Assembly (NCBI GenBank): GCA_963822965.1
Contig: CAWGJT010000006.1
Span: 288,001-352,000 of the forward strand
Source of the DNA: an uncultured delta proteobacterium
Lineage (GTDB): Bacteria; Myxococcota_A; UBA9160; UBA4427
Length of the DNA stretch: 64,000 bases
Direction: 5' to 3'
The notes beneath the pieces are model-generated. The model did no database searches, had not been told where the DNA came from, and saw only the letters and a list, made by a program, of their open reading frames with translations. The position numbers were made by a program, and so were the translations under genes. Positions within the stretch are counted from its first letter, which is position 1, and every line of letters starts with the position of its first letter. Below, piece by piece: positions 32,517 to 40,724 of the stretch.

Positions 32517-33797
32517 TCAGCCCTCGAGACGGGCGCGCAGGTCCTGGACGGCCTCGAGGAAGATCTCGGGCTCCGGGATGCGGGGGTGGTTGCGCAGCTC
32601 GAACTCGAGATAGGAGACGAGCTCGCCGAGCGCGGCGGCCACCGCCCCGACCCGGTCGCCCGCCAGCCGGAGCGCGCGTCGCGTGATCTCTTCGGGGTCG
32701 AGCATGCCCGACGGACCGACGCGCAGGGAGGTCAGCAGCTCCGGATGGCGCTGGGCGCTGTCCTCCAGCAGGCCGTTCAGGCGCTGGGCGACGAGCGCGC
32801 CGCCATCGAGGGCCACGATGGGTGCCGCCAGCTCCGCCAGCAGCTTCGCGTGATCCGTCACGCAGGCGCGGACGGCGTCGTCCTCGGGCTGCCGGAGGTC
32901 GGCCGTCTCGAGCCGCGCGCGGCCGGTCTCCTCCCGGTCGATCCGCACCGCCCCGATCAGGCTCAGCAGCTGCAGGGTGCGAGCGCCGGACAGGGGGTCG
33001 AGCCCGACCCGCCGGCAGACCGAGTGGAAGTCGCACTCCCCCGTGAGCGCCTCGAGGAAGGCCCGCTCGTTGGCGGCCAGGGCGTTGGTCTCGGCGTGCA
33101 GGCTCCGCAGGCGTACGCGCGGATCTTCCACCATGGCGAGCATGCGGAAGAGCTCGTCCCGGCGCTGCAGCCCCTCGGCTACCAGGCGTCGGGTAGGAAG
33201 CGAGAGCCGCACCACGTTGTCCGGCTGCACCTCGCCCTCCCAGAAGTACACGATTCCGCCGGTGTACGAGAAGAGCGAACGCACGATGTCCTCGACCTGG
33301 GCCTTGACGCCGTTCCACAACGCCCGCGGCGTCAGGATGCCGCGCTGGACCAGCACCCGGCCGAAGCGCTGCGAAGGCTCGTAGGACTTCTCCGCCTGCC
33401 GCAGCTGCTCGAGGGTGAGCAGCCCGCCGCGAAGCAGGCTCTCGCCGAGGCGGTCGACGACCTGGTTCGAGGTGGCGAACACCACCTCACCGCGGTGCAG
33501 GTAGACGGACTTCTCGTGGTCGTCGCGCCGGAAGTAGAGAAAGCCCGACTTCCCCGAGCCGTGGATGACGTTGAGGATGTCGGCGAGCGGGAAGGCGCGC
33601 ACCTCGGCGGTGAGGACGAGGTCGCGGTCCCAGGGAATGGCGATCGGCGCGTCGGAACGGCTGCGCTCGAAGACGATGGAGCTCGTCCCCGCGTGCAGGA
33701 CGCGTACGGACTCGTCCTTCTCGAGGCCGAGCTGCTGGCGCTGCTCGTCGCTCAGCGTCAGGTCGCAGCCGAAGCCGCCCGCCGACAGCGCAGACAT
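32517..33797 (-). CDS. DUF4388 (PATAN-like) domain protein with possible AbrB-like N-terminus
   Basis: FPLADILNVIHGSGKSGFLYF..KSVYLHRGEVVFATSN..DRLGESLLRGGLLT pattern; GGAGGGAAGG SD before ATG 33797. Confidence 0.75.
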   Translation of the reverse strand: MSALSAGGFGCDLTLSDEQRQQLGLEKDESVRVLHAGTSSIVFERSRSDAPIAIPWDRDLVLTAEVRAFPLADILNVIHGSGKSGFLYFRRDDHEKSVYLHRGEVVFATSNQVVDRLGESLLRGGLLTLEQLRQAEKSYEPSQRFGRVLVQRGILTPRALWNGVKAQVEDIVRSLFSYTGGIVYFWEGEVQPDNVVRLSLPTRRLVAEGLQRRDELFRMLAMVEDPRVRLRSLHAETNALAANERAFLEALTGECDFHSVCRRVGLDPLSGARTLQLLSLIGAVRIDREETGRARLETADLRQPEDDAVRACVTDHAKLLAELAAPIVALDGGALVAQRLNGLLEDSAQRHPELLTSLRVGPSGMLDPEEITRRALRLAGDRVGAVAAALGELVSYLEFELRNHPRIPEPEIFLEAVQDLRARLEG

Positions 33798-33919
33798 CCT
33801 TCCCTCCGATTCCTGTCGGATTCTTCGTCTTCCGAAAGCATCCCCTTGAGCAGACGGCTGCGTCCGCGATGCCGACCGACCTGCCGGCCCGACGCGCGGA
33901 ACGAGCCGGCTGCCTGCAC

Positions 33920-33946
33920 TCAAGCTGCACCTGCGGCGGCCGATGC
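33920..33946 (+). promoter_or_regulatory. Sigma28 (FliA)-like promoter
   Basis: TCAAG-N14-GCCGATGC upstream of the PilZ gene. Confidence 0.55.
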
Positions 33947-33966
33947 GGGAGCCAGGAGGGGGCACC

Positions 33967-34404
33967 ATGGAAGATCCGACCGGGCAGGATCCGCGCATTT
34001 CCGTCAGGCTACGCGCGCGCATCTCGACCATCGATCCGGAGACGGATCCCTTCACCGGAAAGCCCTTCTTCCGAACCTGCGACGAGACGTGCGCGAACGT
34101 CTCCCGGGGCGGCGCCTTCGTCGCCATGCGCGAGACGATCCCGCCCGGACGGAGACTTCTCGTGGAGCTGGAGATGCCCGGCGGTCGCCAGGTGCAGACG
34201 GTCGGTCGCGTGGCATGGACGCGTACGAGCCTGGGCCATCGTGCGCCCGCGGGGAAGACGCGCGAGAGCGGGATCGGAATCGAGTTCCTCGGAGGTCCGC
34301 GAGACGAGCTCGTTGCACTCGAGCGCTTCATCGCGCGATCGATCCGGCGACGGAAGCGCGATCGCGAGTCGCCGCCGGGATACGTTCCCGTCGACCCCGG
34401 CTGA
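33967..34404 (+). CDS. PilZ domain protein (degenerate RxxxR motif)
   Basis: NVSRGGAFV, GRVAW, GIGIEF; AGGAGG SD. Confidence 0.8.
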   Translation: MEDPTGQDPRISVRLRARISTIDPETDPFTGKPFFRTCDETCANVSRGGAFVAMRETIPPGRRLLVELEMPGGRQVQTVGRVAWTRTSLGHRAPAGKTRESGIGIEFLGGPRDELVALERFIARSIRRRKRDRESPPGYVPVDPG

Positions 34405-34527
34405 AGACGCGAGGCGCGCGCACGCGAGCGACGCCGCCACGCGGGACATCGTGAGGCGCCCGCCACGGGCAACGCGCACGCAAAGCGCTTGAACGTGCGC
34501 CAGCCCAGCCGGTATGCTGCCTCTCCC

Positions 34528-34842
34528 ATGCGACCGCCCGGATCCTTCAAGATCTCTCGCCGCCCGCGCACACCGCGCGGCTCGGAAGGCCGTCCGCTCG
34601 ACCCCAGCGGCTACGGATACGGCCGTTGCCAGAAGATCGTCGACTCGCTGTGCAGCGAGATCCTCGAGGGCGAGAACCTGCGCATCCGCCAGATCTTCGA
34701 GCAGCCCCGGGCGATCTACCGGATCGAGCTCGACCGGCCCGATCTGAGCTACCAGCGAATGACCCTGCTCGACGAGGACACCCTCGAAGAGCTCCTCGAG
34801 ATCGACGAAGTGCGCAACCGCGTCGCGGAGGCCCTCCGCTAG
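34528..34842 (+). CDS. Hypothetical protein
   Basis: Coding-like GC3 usage; TTGAAC-18-TATGCT promoter 9 nt upstream of ATG. Confidence 0.7.
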   Translation: MRPPGSFKISRRPRTPRGSEGRPLDPSGYGYGRCQKIVDSLCSEILEGENLRIRQIFEQPRAIYRIELDRPDLSYQRMTLLDEDTLEELLEIDEVRNRVAEALR

Positions 34843-34887
34843 GAGCGCGACCCAAGACGAGGTCGCGGGGTCGCGGTTCCGCCGCAA

Positions 34888-34908
34888 AGGGAGCCCAACG
34901 GGCTCCCT
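34888..34908 (-). terminator. Hairpin, probable terminator between the convergent hypothetical gene and tRNA-Leu
   Basis: agggagccc-aac-gggctccct; short U run on the minus strand. Confidence 0.5.
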
Positions 34909-34992
34909 CGGCTGGATCCGGGCGGCGGAAGGCCGCGCGTCCGCGGGAGCGAGCCGAAGTCCGGGACTTCGGCCGCCGCGGAGGAGAAGCGG

Positions 34993-35074
34993 TGCCCGGG
35001 GTAGGACTCGAACCTACACGGCCGTGGGCCAGGCGATTTTAAGTCGCCCGCGTCTACCTTTTCGCCACCCGGGC
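34993..35074 (-). tRNA. tRNA-Leu(TAA)
   Basis: ggcga-ctTAAaa-tcgcc; long variable arm; CCA not encoded. Confidence 0.96.
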
Positions 35075-35131
35075 AGACCTGAGGGTCACCCAGTCTATAC
35101 TGCGGCCGTCCGAAAGGGGAGCTTGCCCGCA

Positions 35132-35932
35132 ATGTTCCACGGGAAGAAGATCGTCGTCGTCATGCCCGCCTTCAACGCGGCCAGGACGCTCGAGCAGACC
35201 TACGCCGAGGTCCCGCTCGATCTCGTGGACGAGGTGGTGGTGACGGACGACGCGAGCTCGGACGAGACGGTGGCCGTCGCGCGCCGCCTCGGCCTGCGGA
35301 CGCTCGTGCACGAGAGCAACCGGGGCTACGGCGCCAACCAGAAGACCTGCTACACGGAGGCGCTCCGCCTCGGCGCCGACGTCGTGGTGATGCTCCACCC
35401 CGACTACCAGTACACCCCGAAGCTGCTGGCGCCGATGATCGGCATGATCACCGACGGCCCCTTCGACGCGGTGCTGGGCTCGCGAATCCTCGGCGGCAGC
35501 GCTCGAGCCGGCGGCATGCCGCTCTACAAGTACGTCTTCAACCGCTTCCTGACGGCCACCCAGAACCTGCTCGCCGGCGCGAAGCTCTCGGAGTACCACA
35601 CCGGCTACCGGGCGTTCTCCCGCGAGGTGATCGAGCGCCTGGCGCTGCACGAGAACTCGGACGACTTCGTCTTCGACAACCAGATGCTCGCGCAGATCCT
35701 GCACGCCGGATTCAAGATCGGCGAGGTGAGCTGCCCGGCCGCCTACTTCGACGATGCCTCGTCGATCAATTTCTTGCGGTCGGTCAAGTACGGGCTGGGG
35801 GTGCTCGCCGTCTCGGTGCAGCTCTTCCTGCAGCGCAAGGGGCTCGCCTCGTTCGCGATCTTCGACCCGAAGGGCCGGAGGCTCGAGGCCGGGACTGTTT
35901 CGGCGACTCGCCAGGGCGAGTCGCTGGGCTGA
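35132..35932 (+). CDS. Glycosyltransferase family 2 (DPM-synthase-like)
   Basis: VVMPAFN, TDDASSD, NRGYGANQKTCY, HPDYQY, SEYHTGYRAF. Confidence 0.92.
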   Translation: MFHGKKIVVVMPAFNAARTLEQTYAEVPLDLVDEVVVTDDASSDETVAVARRLGLRTLVHESNRGYGANQKTCYTEALRLGADVVVMLHPDYQYTPKLLAPMIGMITDGPFDAVLGSRILGGSARAGGMPLYKYVFNRFLTATQNLLAGAKLSEYHTGYRAFSREVIERLALHENSDDFVFDNQMLAQILHAGFKIGEVSCPAAYFDDASSINFLRSVKYGLGVLAVSVQLFLQRKGLASFAIFDPKGRRLEAGTVSATRQGESLG

Positions 35933-36308
35933 GGGCTCCTTCGGCGACTCGCCAGGGCGAGTCGCTGGGCTGAGGGCTCCTTCGGCGACTCGCCAGGGCG
36001 AGTCGCTGGGCTGAGGGCTCCTTCGGCGACTCGCCAGGGCGAGTCGCTGGGCTGAGGGCTCCTTCGGCGACTCGCCAGGGCGAGTCGCTGGGCTGAGGGC
36101 TCGTTCGGCGACGCGCCAGGGCGAGTCGCTGCGCTGAGGGCTCCTTCGGCGACCCGCCAGGGCGAGTCGCTGCGCTCGGGGCTCGTTCGGCGACGCGCCA
36201 GGGCGAGTCGCTGCGCTGAGGGCTCCTTCGGCGACCCACCAGGGCGAGTCGCTGCGCTCGGGGCTCGTTCGGCGACGCGCCGGGGCGCGTGGCTGCGCCG
36301 AGGAGTCG
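35899..36308. repeat. Tandem array of 10 x 41-bp palindromic units
   Basis: Units start at 35899, 35940, 35981, 36022, 36063, 36104, 36145, 36186, 36227 and 36268; core GCGACTCGCC-AG-GGCGAGTCGC. Confidence 0.97.
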
Positions 36309-36311
36309 GGG

Positions 36312-36385
36312 TGGAGGCGGCGCCCGGATTCGAACCGGGGATCAGGGCTTTGCAGGCCCATGCCTTACCACTTGGCCACGCCGCC
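36312..36385 (-). tRNA. tRNA-Cys(GCA)
   Basis: Anticodon loop ctGCAaa; encoded CCA; TTGACT-17-TACCCC promoter upstream. Confidence 0.96.
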
Positions 36386-36451
36386 GCGGACCGAGGGGGT
36401 ACCGCGCGGCACGCGTGGAGTCAATTTCCAGAACCGCTACGGTCGGGCGCC

Positions 36452-36826
36452 GTGAGGTGGCTGATTCTCTTCCTGGGCGGGGGCACCGGCGCGATGCTGC
36501 GCTTCGCGGTGGCGCTCTGGGTCGACGAGCGCGCCCAGACGAGCTTTCCCTGGGGAACCTTCGCGGTGAATGCCATCGGCTGCTTCGTCATCGGCCTGCT
36601 GGCGACGATCGCCGACGAGCACCGGCTGCTGAACCCGGCCGCCCGGCTCTTCACCGTGGCCGGGCTGCTCGGCGGCTTCACCACCTTCTCGACCTTCGGG
36701 CTGGAGACCTGGCGACTCGTCGAGGAGGGGATGCCGGGGCTGGCCCTCACCAACGCGCTCGGCAGCCTGGGTGCCGGAATCGTGGCCGTGATCCTGGGCG
36801 TCCTGCTGGGCCGCGCCGTCGCCTGA
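36452..36826 (+). CDS. crcB: Fluoride efflux channel FluC/CrcB
   Basis: GGGTGAMLR, FPWGTFAVN, GLLGGFTTFSTF. Confidence 0.96.
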   Translation: MRWLILFLGGGTGAMLRFAVALWVDERAQTSFPWGTFAVNAIGCFVIGLLATIADEHRLLNPAARLFTVAGLLGGFTTFSTFGLETWRLVEEGMPGLALTNALGSLGAGIVAVILGVLLGRAVA

Positions 36827-36835
36827 GCCGGCCCG

Positions 36836-37306
36836 TCAGGCCCCGAGATCCGGCAGGGGCTCCACGCCGCCTCCGATGTAGAGGGAAGCGCCGTCGTCGC
36901 CCAGGGCGTTGAGCAGCTCCGCGTGGGCGGCGTGGCGGAAGCGCGCGAGCAGCCCTCCCTCCACCCCGTCCTGCTTCACCCGGCACAGCAGCGCCCCGTC
37001 CCGGGGCGAGACGCGCAGCGACGACACGTCGAGGCACTCGCTGCTCCGATCCGAGAGCAGGATCTCGCCGGTCTCCGGGTCGAAGAGGCGCACGAAGAAG
37101 GCCGCCTCCTCCACCTCGATCTCGCCCCGGAAGCGCCCGATCTGGACGACGTACTTGTCCTCGCCGGGCAGGTAGCGGACGGCCCGATCGAAGCGCTCCC
37201 GCAGCTTGCGGTTGCGCAGGGGCTGCCCTTCGTGGGTCCAGCGGCCATCGTGGTGGAGCACCAGCCCGAAGGGCCGCAGCGGAGGCGGTCCCGGCGGACC
37301 GTTCAC
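36836..37306 (-). CDS. Hypothetical protein, DUF1285-like
   Basis: DGRWTHEG..IEVEEAAFFV..DGALLCRVK..ARF pattern; GTGA overlap with the upstream gene. Confidence 0.65.
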   Translation of the reverse strand: MNGPPGPPPLRPFGLVLHHDGRWTHEGQPLRNRKLRERFDRAVRYLPGEDKYVVQIGRFRGEIEVEEAAFFVRLFDPETGEILLSDRSSECLDVSSLRVSPRDGALLCRVKQDGVEGGLLARFRHAAHAELLNALGDDGASLYIGGGVEPLPDLGA

Positions 37307-37539
37307 CCCACGGGCTCCGGCTCGAGGCTGCCGTCCTCGCCCACCCGGAACACGCCGGCCAGGTCGTAGCGCTCCCACAAGACCAGGCGCAGGCGACGCC
37401 CGTGCCGGTCGCGGTAGATCCACTTCTCGTTCCACGTGACGCCGTGCTCGTGCTGCGTACGGGGATCGTTGACGCTTCCCACCTGCTCCTGGGGCGCGCC
37501 GAAGCGATGCCAGATCGTCGCGCGATCGGGGCCGCTCAT
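37303..37539 (-). CDS. Small hypothetical protein (78 aa) coupled to nuoD
   Basis: ATGA overlap with the nuoD stop; FGAP..NEKWIY pattern. Confidence 0.7.
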   Translation of the reverse strand: MSGPDRATIWHRFGAPQEQVGSVNDPRTQHEHGVTWNEKWIYRDRHGRRLRLVLWERYDLAGVFRVGEDGSLEPEPVG

Positions 37540-38801
37540 CGGTCGCACTCGCCTCCGATCATGTTCACCATGTCGAAGGTGGGGATGAGGTCCGCCAGCA
37601 GGCCGCCCTTCACCATCCGCGGCAGGGGCTGCAGATTGATGAAGCTCGGCGGACGGCAGCGCACCTTCACGGGCCGCTCGGAACCGTCGGAGACGAGATA
37701 GAAGCCGAGCTCCCCGTTGGCCGACTCGGTGGCCAGATAGGCCTCGCCGGCCGGCACCCGCGGCCCCTCCGTCACGGACTTGAACTGTCGGATCAGCTCC
37801 TCCATGCGGTTGAAGACGCGCGACTTGGCGGGCCAGCGCACCCGGGGATCCTGGACGTCGACCGGCCCCTCCCCCATCAGGTCGAGACGCCGCAGGCACT
37901 GCTCGACGATGCGCAGGCTCTGGCTCATCTCCTCCACGCAGACCAGGTAGCGATCGTAGTTGTCCCCGACGCTGCCGATGGGAACGTCGAAGTCGATCTC
38001 CTCGTAGGTGAGGTACGGCTCGGCCTTGCGCACGTCCAGGGGCACTCCGGCGGCGCGCAGCAGCGGGCCCGTGACCGCGTAGCGGATGCACTCCTCCTTG
38101 GAGATGCCCCCCGTTCCGCGCAGCCGGTCCACGAAGATGCGGTTGCGCGTGACCACGTCGTCGAAGTCCTTGAGGAGCCGGCGGATGCGGACCAGGTTCT
38201 CCCGCGCCTGGGCGCCGAAGCCCGCCGGCACGTCGTGGGCCACCCCGCCGATGCGGATGTAGTTCGACGTGACGCGCGCTCCGCACATCGACTCGAGCAG
38301 GTCCCACACCAGCTCGCGGGCCTCGATGCCGTAGAGGAACGGCGTCATCGCCTGCAGCTCCAGGCAGGTGGCGCCGCAGCGCGTGAGGTGGTCGCCCAGC
38401 CGGGAGAGCTCGCTCGAGAGCACCCGCAGCCACTGGCAGCGCAACGGGGTCTCGATCTCCAGCAGCTTCTCGACGGCGAGACAGAAGCCGACGTTCGCGA
38501 GGATGGCGGAGTTGTAGTTCAGGCGGTCCGTGTACGGGATGGCCTGGTACCAGCTGCCGCTCTCACACTCCTTCTCGAAGCCGCGGTGCAGGTAGCCCAC
38601 CTGAACGTCCAGCCCGACGATGGTCTCGCCGTCGAGCTCGATCAGGAACTTGACCGTGCCGTGGGTGGCCGGGTGGGAGGGCCCCATGTTGAGGCGCTGG
38701 TGCTGGGTGTGCAGGTCGCGCTCGAGATCGTCCGCCCCGGTCTCGCGGGTGCGCTCGGTGAGCAGGTGGGGCTCGGCGCCGCGGTCGTGCGCGTGTGCCA
38801 T
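37536..38801 (-). CDS. nuoD: NADH-quinone oxidoreductase subunit D
   Basis: NMGPSHPATHG, GYLHRGFEK, DRLNY, GELGFY, GECDR; no NiFe CxxC ligands. Confidence 0.96.
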   Translation of the reverse strand: MAHAHDRGAEPHLLTERTRETGADDLERDLHTQHQRLNMGPSHPATHGTVKFLIELDGETIVGLDVQVGYLHRGFEKECESGSWYQAIPYTDRLNYNSAILANVGFCLAVEKLLEIETPLRCQWLRVLSSELSRLGDHLTRCGATCLELQAMTPFLYGIEARELVWDLLESMCGARVTSNYIRIGGVAHDVPAGFGAQARENLVRIRRLLKDFDDVVTRNRIFVDRLRGTGGISKEECIRYAVTGPLLRAAGVPLDVRKAEPYLTYEEIDFDVPIGSVGDNYDRYLVCVEEMSQSLRIVEQCLRRLDLMGEGPVDVQDPRVRWPAKSRVFNRMEELIRQFKSVTEGPRVPAGEAYLATESANGELGFYLVSDGSERPVKVRCRPPSFINLQPLPRMVKGGLLADLIPTFDMVNMIGGECDR

Positions 38802-38802
38802 C

Positions 38803-39354
38803 TCAGCTCCCGGGGCCGATCAGGGGCTGCCGACCCGTCTTGGGATAGTCCTTGCGGAGCGGGTGTCCCTCGAACTCCTCGTAGAGCAGGATGCGCCGCA
38901 GGTCCGGGTGGTTCCGGAAGCGGACGCCGTAGAGGTCGAAGACCTCCCGCTCCATCCAGTTGGCCGAAGGCCAGATCGAGACCGCGGAGTCGACCTCGCA
39001 ATCACCCACATCCACGCCCACCTTCACGCGGACGCGGTGGTTCCGGCCCAGGGAGTACAGGTGGTAGACCACCTCGAAGCGCGGGCTGCGGGGGCCGTCC
39101 CGCCGCGCCGAGTGGTCGACGGCGGTGACGTCGGTCAGCATGTCGAAGTCCAGGGCCGGGTCCTCTCGGAGGAAGCCCAGCACGTCCAGGAGGCGATCGC
39201 GGGCGACCACCACGGTCTCGTCGCCGTGCTGCCGGTGCTCGGACAGGATCGCGTCCGCCAGCTCGGCGCGCAGGCGGGCCAGCACGACGGCGGCGGACGC
39301 CGAAGAGCCCCCGGTCCCGGACGGGGCCGGCGCCGCAGGTGTCTCGTCGCTCAC
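38803..39354 (-). CDS. nuoC: NADH-quinone oxidoreductase subunit C
   Basis: RFEVVYHL, ANWMEREVFDLYGV.F.NHPDLRRIL, GHPLRKDYP. Confidence 0.96.
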   Translation of the reverse strand: MSDETPAAPAPSGTGGSSASAAVVLARLRAELADAILSEHRQHGDETVVVARDRLLDVLGFLREDPALDFDMLTDVTAVDHSARRDGPRSPRFEVVYHLYSLGRNHRVRVKVGVDVGDCEVDSAVSIWPSANWMEREVFDLYGVRFRNHPDLRRILLYEEFEGHPLRKDYPKTGRQPLIGPGS

Positions 39355-39941
39355 GGCCCCACCTCCTCGGCCCGGCGTACGACCGCCGCGCCCTCCCGGT
39401 CGTACTCGCGCCGCAGGAAGCGCAGCCGTCGCTCGACGAGGCTCGCCGGCACCAGCAGCTGCTCCTTGTGGAAGTGCATCGAGTCGCGGTCGAAGGCCGC
39501 GATCTCCACCTCGGGGCTCATGACGATCGCCTCCTCGGGACACGCCTCCTCGCAGAGGCCGCAGAACATGCAGCGCGACATGTCGATGTCGAAGGTCTCG
39601 GGATATCGCTCGATGCCCGCATCCGGGAGCTCTCCGGGGACGATCGAGATGCAGTCCGTGGGGCAGGCGAACTCGCAGAGCCCGCACGCCACGCAGCGCG
39701 GGGCACCGTCCTCCAGCGCCACGAGCACCGGCATGCCGCGAAACGCCGCCGGATGGTCGACGCGCTCCTCGGGATACTGGACGACGAAGTCGCTGCGGTT
39801 GCGGCCCGTGACGAAGCCACGCAGATTGCGGAAGAAGTGCCGCGCCGTCACGGCGAGGCCCTTCACCAGCATCGGAACGTAGAGTCGCTCGAGCCAGCCG
39901 AGCTTCTCGCGGCGCTTGACGCGGATCACCTTCCCCGGCAT
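39351..39941 (-). CDS. nuoI: NADH-quinone oxidoreductase subunit I
   Basis: QYPEER, CVACGLCEFACP, CMFCGLCEEACP (two 4Fe-4S motifs). Confidence 0.95.
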   Translation of the reverse strand: MPGKVIRVKRREKLGWLERLYVPMLVKGLAVTARHFFRNLRGFVTGRNRSDFVVQYPEERVDHPAAFRGMPVLVALEDGAPRCVACGLCEFACPTDCISIVPGELPDAGIERYPETFDIDMSRCMFCGLCEEACPEEAIVMSPEVEIAAFDRDSMHFHKEQLLVPASLVERRLRFLRREYDREGAAVVRRAEEVGP

Positions 39942-40010
39942 GGGCGCTCAACGTAGCCCGGATCCGCTCGCCGTTCCCGAGGACGCCGCAAAGAAGGTCC
40001 GAACGGGCTC

Positions 40011-40709
40011 TCAGGCGACCGCGTCCGCCGCCGGGAGCGGCGCGGCGCCCGGCGCGAACGCCCTCGCGAAGGTGCGGCCCACCTGCTCGCGCACGTGCCG
40101 GTCGAGGGCGGGCGTCCCGCAGACCCCCAGCTCCCGGGCGACGGACGTCATCTCGACGTCGCGCAGGCCGCACGGCACGATCACCTCGAAGCCCTGGAGG
40201 TCGAGGCTCACGTTCAGCGCAAAGCCGTGCCAGGTCACCCAGTGGCGCAGGCCGACGCCGATGGAGCCGAGCTTGCGGGCCGGTCCGGCCCCGGCGGCGG
40301 CGAAGACGCCGGTGCGGCCGGCCACCCGCCGGGCCGGGAGGCCCAGACCGGCGAGCGCGTCGATCAGCGCCTGCTCCACCCGCCGGAGGAAGCGATGGAC
40401 GTCCGGCACCCCCCGCGTCGCCAGGTCGACGACCAGGTAGCCGACGAGCTGCCCCGGGCCGTGGAACGTGACGTCGCCCCCCCGACGCGCACGGAAGAGC
40501 TCGACGCCGCGGGCGGCCAGCTCGGCCTCGGACACCAGCAGATGCTCCCGTCGCGCGGCGCTCCCCAGGGTGACCACGGGCGGGTGCTCGAGCAGGAGGA
40601 GCCGGTCGCCCCGGATCCCGCGCCGTCGATCCGCGACCGCCTGCGCCTGCCGGGACAGCGCCTGCCCGTACGGCACGCAGCCGAGCCACTCGACGTCCAG
40701 GCCGTCCAC
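40011..40709 (-). CDS. lipB: Lipoyl(octanoyl) transferase
   Basis: LLEHPPVVTLG, RGGDVTFHGPGQLVGY, HGFALNV, IVPCGL. Confidence 0.96.
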   Translation of the reverse strand: MDGLDVEWLGCVPYGQALSRQAQAVADRRRGIRGDRLLLLEHPPVVTLGSAARREHLLVSEAELAARGVELFRARRGGDVTFHGPGQLVGYLVVDLATRGVPDVHRFLRRVEQALIDALAGLGLPARRVAGRTGVFAAAGAGPARKLGSIGVGLRHWVTWHGFALNVSLDLQGFEVIVPCGLRDVEMTSVARELGVCGTPALDRHVREQVGRTFARAFAPGAAPLPAADAVA

Positions 40710-40724
40710 GGGGGTCGCCCCTCG

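Noticed and set aside
31479..34993. tRNA-Thr(TGT) and tRNA-Leu(TAA) as pseudogenes because they end in CCG
   Set aside because: Non-encoded CCA is common and is added enzymatically; both cloverleaves and upstream -10 boxes are intact.
35899..36308. CRISPR array
   Set aside because: Units are contiguous with no unique spacers, and there are no cas genes in the window.
36386..36451. Fluoride riboswitch upstream of crcB
   Set aside because: No GGCGAUGG-type aptamer; the 66-bp gap is filled by divergent promoters and crcB appears leaderless.
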